Shown here: positions 56,657 to 64,000 of the stretch, one piece after another
Numbering within the stretch: position 1 is the stretch's first letter
Layout: each line of letters opens with the position of its first letter
Translations under genes and position numbers: made by a program
The notes under the pieces: model-generated
The model's database searches: none
Told to the model about the DNA's origin: nothing
The model's input: only the letters and a program-made list of their open reading frames with translations
Source: Candidatus Omnitrophota bacterium
Lineage (GTDB): Bacteria > Omnitrophota > Gorgyraeia > Zapsychrales > Fredricksoniimonadaceae
NCBI GenBank assembly: GCA_903860135.1
Contig: CAIOPG010000008.1
Coordinates: forward strand, 127-64,126
Length of the DNA: 64,000 nucleotides
Direction of reading: 5' to 3'

Positions 56657-58825
56657 TTATTGTGCCTGCATCCCCGAACGGATATGGCTGAAAGCTGTAT
56701 CCCCTCCGGTCGACAATGACGGAAATGCCTTGATGCGAAAAACGATCCAGACCTCACTCGCCGGTTTTGTCATCGTTTTCTGCCGGCCAACTGAAAACTC
56801 GACTTCCCAGGAATGCAGGTCGCGCACAAACCCGTAACGCTGTTCCTGCAAGGTGCCGCTGTCAATATTCCAGCGGTCATACACCATGGTGCGCCACTTG
56901 GGATTTAACCTGTACTCCCACAAGGTTGTCACAATGTCATCATCGTCGAGCGTGTAGCGGCGGCTCACATCGAACGTCCAGTTTTTGTGGCTGTTGATAT
57001 ACGCGTCCAGATTGGCTGTCCGCAAATGCTGCAGATCATTGTCATAGGTCATATCGGAATACAGCGACACATACTTGTTGGGCGTAAATTCCATGTCGAG
57101 CGTCACATCACCGAAACTGGCGCTCGAAGGATACTCCGTCATCGCCGTCGTCCCCGCTGAGATCAGCCGGTTATCCTTAAGGCGGAAATCTGTGGTCAAA
57201 AGAGCCCGCAATAGATCGACACTTTTTCCTTCACGCTTGGTCTGCCATTTGTTTTCAAGCCCGAGGCTGAACTTGTCCGTCTGGGTGCGCGCATCGATCC
57301 CGTCATACGGAAATAATTTCGAAGAGGCCAATGTGGGATGATGCTGGAAAAGGTAACCCGCCGTTGGCGTGATCACATGGCGCAGGCGGTTGATCTCAAT
57401 ACCGTATTTATTGTAATTAAAATCATAAATCTTGTAAAACTTGGTGCTCACATCCGTCCCGGTCTTTAAAACTTGCCGGACCGCATTATTATCCCGACTG
57501 TCCAGCGTCCGGGCATAGGCGGTCTCTTCAGCCCCGGCAAAAGGCCGGAACTCAAGGAACGCAAACTTAAACGGGCGCGACAACTCGTTATCGCTATCCA
57601 GCCTCAGCGTGCGGTAACGGATGTCAGCCGGGCTTGGCTCTGTCTTCACCAGGCTCACCGCCGTATTCGTACTTTTAAAATAAAAGCCTGTCAGGCCGAT
57701 CTGCTGGTTGGACAACGTAAAATTCACCTCCGGCAAACGCTCGACCTTGGACTCAAAACGATTCACGCGGATATCCGTCAACAAGGACATGGAAGTTTTG
57801 GAGGTCGTATGCGTGAGCAGGGCATAGGTCGGCGGGGCGCCGTCCGTGCGGTATTCCCGAAGAAAATAATGCTTCAGGAAGAACGGATCCGTTTCCTTGT
57901 TGTACTGGCCGATGAGCAGGGTGGATGGATCGATCTCCCACTGATGCCGCCACTCCACACGGTAACGCTGCTGTTGCTCCTGAAGGATCTCGGCGTCACT
58001 CCAGGCGCGATGCATATCGGTGTTATCCTCATACGTGTAATAGGTGCGCACCAGCCCGCGCCCGAACGGCCGGGTGTCATATTTGGTATCCACGCCCCAC
58101 CCAAGGCCCTTGGCCTGGCGATAATCCAGGTGATAGGTCGTTTCAATACGATCCGTCAAAACCGTATGATAGGAGATAAAAATAAACGGACCAAAATTTT
58201 TCTTGTACCCGGGGGTCACGCTGAAATGCGGTCTTTTCCCGCTTAGATCCTGGGTATACTGCGGCAAGTACAGCACCGGCACACCCCCAAGATACATGAC
58301 AGAACTCCGCGCTACCGCCTTGTCGCCGGGATAAACATCGATCCTTTTGGAACGAACACGGTATTCCGGGATATCATAATCGCTGGTCGTTACATACCCG
58401 TCCTGGACAATATAATAATTCTCCCTGACCTTGATGATAGAACGGGCCCGCCCGTAAATGGGGTCCGCCAAAAGCCGGGCATTGGTGAACTCGCCTTTTT
58501 TTGTCTCGAAATTATAGAACACTTTTTCAGCCCAGATCCGGCCCTTGTCCGTATCAAGGATAACATTACCCTCAGCATGCGCTTCTTTCTTATCACGGTA
58601 AAATTCAAGCTTGTCGCAAAAAAGCACCGCATTATCCTGTTTCAAATAAACATTACCCGTGACCACAAACTTGGCCTCATCGGATTTATACTCGATGGTA
58701 TCCCCCTTAAGCTCGACAGGCTGCGTGCTTTTGGGATCAAACGCCAAAGCTGTGCCTGCCAATGCCGCCAGAAGGCACATCACAAGAGAAACAAGGAACG
58801 TTGAAAGAGATTTTATTCTTTTCAT
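56657..58825 (-). CDS. lptD: LPS-assembly outer-membrane protein LptD (OstA family)
   Basis: 722 aa with a signal peptide, an N-terminal OstA-like domain (GNVYLKQDNAVL...AEGNVIL), and a large beta-barrel region with aromatic-rich strands. Confidence 0.7.
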   Translation of the reverse strand: MKRIKSLSTFLVSLVMCLLAALAGTALAFDPKSTQPVELKGDTIEYKSDEAKFVVTGNVYLKQDNAVLFCDKLEFYRDKKEAHAEGNVILDTDKGRIWAEKVFYNFETKKGEFTNARLLADPIYGRARSIIKVRENYYIVQDGYVTTSDYDIPEYRVRSKRIDVYPGDKAVARSSVMYLGGVPVLYLPQYTQDLSGKRPHFSVTPGYKKNFGPFIFISYHTVLTDRIETTYHLDYRQAKGLGWGVDTKYDTRPFGRGLVRTYYTYEDNTDMHRAWSDAEILQEQQQRYRVEWRHQWEIDPSTLLIGQYNKETDPFFLKHYFLREYRTDGAPPTYALLTHTTSKTSMSLLTDIRVNRFESKVERLPEVNFTLSNQQIGLTGFYFKSTNTAVSLVKTEPSPADIRYRTLRLDSDNELSRPFKFAFLEFRPFAGAEETAYARTLDSRDNNAVRQVLKTGTDVSTKFYKIYDFNYNKYGIEINRLRHVITPTAGYLFQHHPTLASSKLFPYDGIDARTQTDKFSLGLENKWQTKREGKSVDLLRALLTTDFRLKDNRLISAGTTAMTEYPSSASFGDVTLDMEFTPNKYVSLYSDMTYDNDLQHLRTANLDAYINSHKNWTFDVSRRYTLDDDDIVTTLWEYRLNPKWRTMVYDRWNIDSGTLQEQRYGFVRDLHSWEVEFSVGRQKTMTKPASEVWIVFRIKAFPSLSTGGDTAFSHIRSGMQAQ

Positions 58826-59739
58826 GACTGAAGGAGGACCTTGGCTCCAATAATACCGGCATCATCATCAAGTTGAGCCTTGATGACGCGCACCATTTCC
58901 GCCTGTGTCTGCATGGCACGCCGGCGCAGCGTCCGGACAATGGCGGCTTCAAAGAAAGAAAAACTGCGGGCCACGCCACCACCGATAATGATCACCCCGG
59001 GATTAAGCATATTGACCGGCCCCACCAATCCGTTGCCGACCATTTCACCAACGGTATCCCAAAACTTCAAGGCCTTTTTCTTGCCCTCCAGAGCCTTGTG
59101 ATACACCTGTTCGAGCGAAATATCCGGCTTCGCGAAAAGTTCAGCCGCAACCTTCTGCAATTGCTGATGCCCCACATAACGCTCGAAACAACCCCACCCG
59201 CCGCACCCGCACGGCGGACCTTTGTCATTGAGCGGCATATGCCCGACCTCTCCGGCCGCAAACCCCGGGCCGCGGTAGATCGCGCCATTGAGGACAAGTC
59301 CGGCACCAACGCCTGTGCCTAACGTCATGCAGATCATATCTTTAAATCCCTGGCCAGCCCCGAACTTCCACTCGCCCAAGGTGATCATGTTCACGTCATT
59401 ATCGATCCGCACAGGCAACCTAAGGTCGTTGCCCATAACACCCGCCAGCGGGACATCTTTCCAGCCCGGGATATTGGGTAGCATCCGTACAATGCCCTTG
59501 CCCGCATCAACCAACCCCGGAAGGCCTACCCCGACCCCGGTAACGCTCGCCCGTCCAACGCGTCGGTCGCGAAGCAGCGTCTCAACAGCCTCGCAAATAG
59601 CGGTCGTCAACCTGTCCGGCGTCGACGCGAATCCGGCGGTCGCAAATGCGCTCCGGGACACAACACGGCCGCCCGGCTCCACCAGCCCCAGCCGAACATT
59701 CGTCCCCCCCACATCAACCCCGATCACATATTTTTTCAT
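58822..59739 (-). CDS. ROK-family sugar kinase (glucokinase-like)
   Basis: N-terminal GVDVGGTNVRLGLV and the ROK CxCGxxGC zinc motif (CGCGGWGCFE). Confidence 0.75.
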   Translation of the reverse strand: MKKYVIGVDVGGTNVRLGLVEPGGRVVSRSAFATAGFASTPDRLTTAICEAVETLLRDRRVGRASVTGVGVGLPGLVDAGKGIVRMLPNIPGWKDVPLAGVMGNDLRLPVRIDNDVNMITLGEWKFGAGQGFKDMICMTLGTGVGAGLVLNGAIYRGPGFAAGEVGHMPLNDKGPPCGCGGWGCFERYVGHQQLQKVAAELFAKPDISLEQVYHKALEGKKKALKFWDTVGEMVGNGLVGPVNMLNPGVIIIGGGVARSFSFFEAAIVRTLRRRAMQTQAEMVRVIKAQLDDDAGIIGAKVLLQS

Positions 59740-59837
59740 GGCCGCACAATGTTTAGTTTACCGGCGAAAGAATGGCCCGGCATTTAAAAAATTTATTTTA
59801 CACAAAAAAGAAACGTTAATCAATGAAAGAGTGTTTC

Positions 59838-60896
59838 TTATGCGCCTGCCCGATCCGTATAAATACTGAACCCGACCACACGGTCGCGGCCGGACTTCTT
59901 GGCCCGGTAAAGGGCCCAGTCCGATTTATCCAGCAGTTCATCCATCTGAAGGGCATCCTCGGGGAACGTGGCCACCCCGACGCTCACCGTCACATTCAGA
60001 ACCGTATCATAAGCCCGAACCTTCTCCTCTGCGATCGCGGCACGGATACGCTCGGCCACGACCAGCGCGCCCTGCTTGTCCGTATCGGGCAGGATGACAC
60101 AAAATTCCTCGCCGCCGTAACGCCCCGCAATATCAATTTCGCGGATATGATAGGCAATGACGCGCGCGATCTCCCGAAGGGCCGCATCTCCCGCCAGATG
60201 CCCATGCTGATCATTGATATTCTTGAAATGATCCACGTCGATCATCAACAGCGACAAAGGCAAAGCCCTTGACTGCGCACGGCTGAATTCCTCATCAAAC
60301 CGCTCGGCGAGGTGCCGCCGCGTATTCATGCGGGTAAGGCTGTCGGTGATCGCCAGGCTCTCCACTTCGTTGTACAAGCGTATCCGGCGAAAAGCCAGCG
60401 CCAGCTGGTGCGCAAAGACCGAGAACGCTTCTTCATCCGACTCGGCCAACCCCTTGTAAGCCACTTCACCCAGGACCATCTGTTTGGCGCGCAAAGGGAA
60501 AAACCTGTACGCCTCAAATGTTGCCGGATCATCCACGTCGAGCGGCACGTCATCGACCAGGCGGCAATCCTCGAGCGTAAGCCGCCGGCTCACGTGGGCC
60601 TTGAAGGCGGCAAAAGCTTCTTTCTCGTCGAAGGTAGCTGTCACCTCGCGGGTCAATTCGTACATTTCAAAGATGCGGTCAGCTTCATCCCTCAACTGCT
60701 GTTTCTCGGCCGCCAGCGCGTCCTTGCGCTGGATAATGTTAAGGTACGCGCCCTTCACCTTGAGCACATCCCTGTCCGCCGCGTGTTCAAATTCAAGGAC
60801 AGCCGCCTTGGCGCAATAAATCACCGCCACAACGAACAAGGCCACCAGCATAAGCATCAACGACAACGCCATCGATCCCCCCGATTCACCGATCAC
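59838..60896 (-). CDS. GGDEF-domain diguanylate cyclase with an N-terminal membrane anchor and coiled coil
   Basis: GGEEF active site (RYGGEEF) and an I-site-like RxxD. Confidence 0.75.
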   Translation of the reverse strand: MIGESGGSMALSLMLMLVALFVVAVIYCAKAAVLEFEHAADRDVLKVKGAYLNIIQRKDALAAEKQQLRDEADRIFEMYELTREVTATFDEKEAFAAFKAHVSRRLTLEDCRLVDDVPLDVDDPATFEAYRFFPLRAKQMVLGEVAYKGLAESDEEAFSVFAHQLALAFRRIRLYNEVESLAITDSLTRMNTRRHLAERFDEEFSRAQSRALPLSLLMIDVDHFKNINDQHGHLAGDAALREIARVIAYHIREIDIAGRYGGEEFCVILPDTDKQGALVVAERIRAAIAEEKVRAYDTVLNVTVSVGVATFPEDALQMDELLDKSDWALYRAKKSGRDRVVGFSIYTDRAGA

Positions 60897-60905
60897 TCAT
60901 TTTTC

Positions 60906-62348
60906 CTAAGCCGCGCACACCTGATTCCGCCCATTACGTTTGGCCGCGTACAGAAGCTCATCCGCTTTCTGAATAAGTTCATCCTTGGTCCTGGCATCGA
61001 GCGGAAACACCGCCAACCCCACCGAGACGGTAACCGGCGTCCTGGTGCGGCGTAAAATAATATCCGCTTCCGCCACACGCCGGACAAACCCCTCGGCCAA
61101 TGCCAAAGCCGCCGCTTTCCCGCAATCAGGCAGGAGCGCGCAAAATTCCTCGCCGCCATAACGGCACAACAGATTCCCCGGCGCCGCGAAATGTTCCTTG
61201 AACAGCATCGCCACATGTTTAAGCACCAGGTCGCCGGCAGAATGCCCGAAGGTGTCATTGTAATGTTTAAAATGATCCAGGTCGATCATGATAAAAGCCA
61301 TCGGGCTGTTCTTGCGTAAATGCCGCCCAAGTTCCTCCTGAAAACGCTCGTTCATATAGCGCCGCAGATAAAGCCCCGTCAGGCTGTCGCGGATAGCCAT
61401 ATCCTCGACCTTGTCGTACATCTGCGCATTCTCCAGAGCCACCGCCGCGACATCGCCGATAACCCGTAAAAACCTCAGATCTTCTTTATGGAACCGTGAA
61501 GGCCGGGCGCTGTCCACCCGCAAGACCCCGATCACCTTCTTCTGGACGATCAACGGCACGCTTAACAGCGAACGGACCGGGCGCGCTTCGGCATCTTTCA
61601 TTTTATTCAGGTCAAACCTGAAATCATTCTTCACATCTTCCAGGTGCAAGGCCTGCAAATGCTTGACGATCCACTGGTCGAACACATCGCCGCGCTTGCT
61701 CTTGATATTGATCGGCCGCCGGTTATGTTCAGCGTAAACAATGCGCAGCTCGGCCGTCTGCGCCTGAAGCAGATACAGGATCGCCGTCGCATCCCCAGGC
61801 TCAAAGAGCTGGCAAAGTTCGCCGCAAAGCATATGGGCCGAATCCTCGAGGGAAAGGCACAGGCTCAGCTTTTCCACCAGGCTTTTCAACTTGGCATACA
61901 TGACAATCTTCCGGCGGAAAGAACCGATCAGATGGTTTTCCTTGTCGAGTTCTGATTCCAGAAGATTCGATTTCTCAAAGAACTCTTCTTTCTGAAGCTT
62001 GACTTCGGATCTTTTTTGTTTGAGGCGGCGATAGAAAATGATGAGAGGAAAAATATTGACCAGCAGCGCAAGCATCAACAGCGGAAATAATTCAGTCTGA
62101 TACCGAACCGCGTAGACAAAGAAACCGGCCAACGGCAGGAGCAGGCTGACAACCAGAAAAACGTAATACTTAAATGATCGTTGTTTCGGTTTCTGGATCA
62201 AAGAAGTGTACCTTGCGCATATCAAAAACAACATCCATGTCGCGATTAACTTCCGGGCGGTTGTGCGCCCCCACACGCGCCACACATGTGTTCTTTCCCG
62301 TGTTAAGATGCAAATAAACATCCGACCCCAAAAGCTCCACCATTTCAC
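60906..62348 (-). CDS. Membrane-anchored GAF + GGDEF diguanylate cyclase
   Basis: RYGGEEF active site with a preceding GAF-like region. The N-terminus of the track ORF overlaps the ABC ATPase, so the true start is probably internal or non-ATG. Confidence 0.7.
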   Translation of the reverse strand: MKWWSFWGRMFICILTRERTHVWRVWGRTTARKLIATWMLFLICARYTSLIQKPKQRSFKYYVFLVVSLLLPLAGFFVYAVRYQTELFPLLMLALLVNIFPLIIFYRRLKQKRSEVKLQKEEFFEKSNLLESELDKENHLIGSFRRKIVMYAKLKSLVEKLSLCLSLEDSAHMLCGELCQLFEPGDATAILYLLQAQTAELRIVYAEHNRRPINIKSKRGDVFDQWIVKHLQALHLEDVKNDFRFDLNKMKDAEARPVRSLLSVPLIVQKKVIGVLRVDSARPSRFHKEDLRFLRVIGDVAAVALENAQMYDKVEDMAIRDSLTGLYLRRYMNERFQEELGRHLRKNSPMAFIMIDLDHFKHYNDTFGHSAGDLVLKHVAMLFKEHFAAPGNLLCRYGGEEFCALLPDCGKAAALALAEGFVRRVAEADIILRRTRTPVTVSVGLAVFPLDARTKDELIQKADELLYAAKRNGRNQVCAA

Positions 62349-63276
62349 AGATCACATGAACGGTATTGTCAACGGAGGCTTCCGGGACAAAAAGCTTGTC
62401 ATAAATATCCTCACAGCGTATGCCAAAAACAACTTCTTTGCCGGCATAAGAGGTCATGGCGACAGCCATCTCGTCGATGAGCTTGACGCGGAATTTCCCC
62501 TCGTCAAAATATAATTTCTTGTCCCGGCGCACGATCGCCCCTTTAAAAAGGTTGATCGGCGGTGTGCCGATAAAGCTCGCCGCGAACTTGTTGGCTGGCC
62601 GGTCGTAAATGGTCATGGGTTCCGCGCACTGCTGGATAACGCCATCCTTCATGACCACAATACGATCCCCCATGGTCATGGCTTCGGTCTGGTCGTGCGT
62701 GACATAAATGAACGTGGTCTGCAGGCGGAGGCGCAGTTTATGGATCTCGGCACGCATGGTCACGCGCATCTTGGCGTCAAGATTCGACAGCGGTTCATCA
62801 AACAGGAAAACTTTCGGCTTACGGACGATCGCACGGCCCAGTGCCACACGCTGATGCTCGCCGCCCGATAACTGGCGGGGCTTGCGGTCAAGGTACTGGC
62901 GGATATTCAGGATCTCCGCCGCCTCATGCACGCGTTTTTCGATCTCCACCCGGGGATAATGCCGCAGCTTCAGGCCAAAGGCCATATTCTCAAAAACCGT
63001 CATGTGCGGATACAGCGCGTAATTCTGAAAAACCATCGCGATATCCCTGTCCTTGGCGGGGACATCGTTCACCAGCCGGTCGCCGATCCATATCTTGCCT
63101 TCGGAGATTTCCTCAAGGCCCGCGATCATCCGCAAGGTGGTGGACTTGCCGCAACCCGAAGCACCGACAAGGACCATGAATTCCTTGTCCTTGACCTCCA
63201 GGTTGATGCCCGCCACCACTTTCGTCGTACTGCCGTTATAAACCTTGCTCAGATTCTCGAGCCTGATACTTGCCAT
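62170..63276 (-). CDS. ABC transporter ATP-binding protein (MalK/UgpC-type sugar importer ATPase with a C-terminal TOBE/regulatory domain)
   Basis: Walker A GASGCGKST, Q-loop, signature LSGGEHQRV, Walker B FLFDEPLS. 368 aa. Confidence 0.8.
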   Translation of the reverse strand: MASIRLENLSKVYNGSTTKVVAGINLEVKDKEFMVLVGASGCGKSTTLRMIAGLEEISEGKIWIGDRLVNDVPAKDRDIAMVFQNYALYPHMTVFENMAFGLKLRHYPRVEIEKRVHEAAEILNIRQYLDRKPRQLSGGEHQRVALGRAIVRKPKVFLFDEPLSNLDAKMRVTMRAEIHKLRLRLQTTFIYVTHDQTEAMTMGDRIVVMKDGVIQQCAEPMTIYDRPANKFAASFIGTPPINLFKGAIVRRDKKLYFDEGKFRVKLIDEMAVAMTSYAGKEVVFGIRCEDIYDKLFVPEASVDNTVHVICEMVELLGSDVYLHLNTGKNTCVARVGAHNRPEVNRDMDVVFDMRKVHFFDPETETTII

Positions 63277-63333
63277 AGACCCCCTGAAACTGATAATTGA
63301 TCCGGATCAAAATACCCGCCGGACATACAACCG

Positions 63334-64000
63334 TCATACCCCCAGAAGAGCGCGCAACGTCGTCCTGGCTGTATCCATGATGCCTTTGGACTTCGTATAA
63401 AGCTTGTCATACTCGTTGCTGAAAACGGTGTATTGTTCCTCGAACTCCTTGTTGCTCATGCTGTCCATCTTCTTGGGCTGCTTGATCTCCCGCCAAAGCA
63501 GGGAGAGCATCCTTTCCGTCCGTTCTATCTGGTCGATGCAGGCCCTGTAATTACGGAAAGATTTGTTGTCGGATAAAGTCCCCAGAAAGGACTGTAATAT
63601 GCTGTATTGCCATCTGGCTTCCTCATAATTCCAGCACTTGATGAGAAAATTCAAGGTCTGTTCATACGCGAAATTCCTGTTATTGATGATAAGGTCGCGC
63701 AAGACCGACGTTTTGATATTTAAGAATTCAGACCTTGGCCTGTTCAGCGGCAAGGATCTGATACTGCGCGAGATCTCGGGGAACCAGTTGGCCAGCAGGG
63801 AATAGGTGCCATACGTATCGACCAGGCTTTTGGCGCTGTACTGATCGCCTGTCCTGAAATCTCCGATGACAATATCCGAACTTGTGATCTCAATGAACGC
63901 GCTGAGATTGTTGTAAAACCCGACATCCTCCTCGACGAAATCAATGTCGCCGGGTATCTGGACGATGCGCTCGGCCTCAGGATAATTGTCGAGGATATGC
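63334..64000 (-). CDS. Hypothetical protein, 5'-partial (the ORF continues past the window end)
   Basis: Manual translation of the minus strand from 63999 gives an uninterrupted frame (HILDNYPEAERIVQIPGDIDFVEED...YSAKSLVDTYGTYSLLANWFPEISRSIRSLPLNRPRSEF...) that is continuous with the track ORF 63334-63753. The track's M is a TTG codon. AT-richer than the surrounding DNA. Confidence 0.4.
   Translation of the reverse strand, partial: HILDNYPEAERIVQIPGDIDFVEEDVGFYNNLSAFIEITSSDIVIGDFRTGDQYSAKSLVDTYGTYSLLANWFPEISRSIRSLPLNRPRSEFLNIKTSVLRDLIINNRNFAYEQTLNFLIKCWNYEEARWQYSILQSFLGTLSDNKSFRNYRACIDQIERTERMLSLLWREIKQPKKMDSMSNKEFEEQYTVFSNEYDKLYTKSKGIMDTARTTLRALLGV

Noticed and set aside
59740-59837. Terminator between the ROK kinase and GGDEF genes
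   Set aside because: Only a 6-bp AGAAAC/GTTTCT stem with a long loop is present before the U-run. This is too weak to call confidently.
62170-62348. 179-nt overlap between the GAF-GGDEF gene and the ABC ATPase gene
   Set aside because: It is probably an artefact of taking the longest ORF. The diguanylate cyclase more likely starts at an internal or non-ATG codon downstream of 62170. It is not treated as a real overlapping-gene feature.
63744-63944. 66-aa minus-strand ORF at the window end
   Set aside because: It is in a different frame from the long uninterrupted frame (63334-64000+) that is continuous with the 139-aa ORF. It is likely a spurious overlapping frame.

Overview
GC-rich (~60%) chromosomal window, almost certainly from an anaerobic diderm bacterium given the [FeFe]-hydrogenases alongside LPS/LptD/MsbA genes. 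Almost every real gene is on the minus strand; the only convincing plus-strand genes are a brnT/brnA pair. The ORF track renders GTG/TTG starts as M, so several N-terminal extensions are artefacts.

Left to right:
1. A DUF2442/DUF4160 pair at 76-601.
2. A hydrogenase super-locus at 684-8674: Rex, then a trimeric electron-bifurcating-type HydCBA [FeFe]-hydrogenase, then a sensory PAS-[FeFe]-hydrogenase (HydS) plus a PP2C phosphatase.
3. A low-GC insertion island at ~8860-13820: a Phd antitoxin with a toxin remnant, a coiled-coil protein, an AAA-DUF4143 ATPase, and a Type II DNA methyltransferase with a putative endonuclease.
4. A [FeFe]-hydrogenase maturase operon at 13825-19224 (TM1266-like regulator, AspA-like lyase, hydF, hydG, hydE).
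5. A second, tetrameric Hnd-type hydrogenase operon hndABCD at 19454-23853.
6. A 1031-aa secreted protein of unknown function.
7. A RelE/Phd toxin-antitoxin pair.
8. A 582-aa HprK-like P-loop protein.
9. A tandem array of three DUF1566 (Lcl-like) secreted paralogs whose signal-peptide codons are a (GA)n dinucleotide microsatellite; the third copy is frame-shifted.
10. brnTA, then fmt, then a PriA homologue lacking Walker A, the DExH box and the zinc finger.
11. A ~20-kb LPS/heptose/O-antigen-like glycan cluster containing a G8 homopolymer inside a methyltransferase gene.
12. lptD, a ROK kinase, two GGDEF proteins, a MalK-like ABC ATPase and a partial gene running off the window end.

The most interesting candidates are:
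- the apparently phase-variable DUF1566 surface-protein array, which resembles the Neisseria opa mechanism;
- the sensory-hydrogenase signalling module;
- a distinctive palindromic operator-like motif shared by both hydrogenase operons;
- the fmt-3' direct-repeat flanks, which suggest the DUF1566/brnTA segment is an inserted islet.
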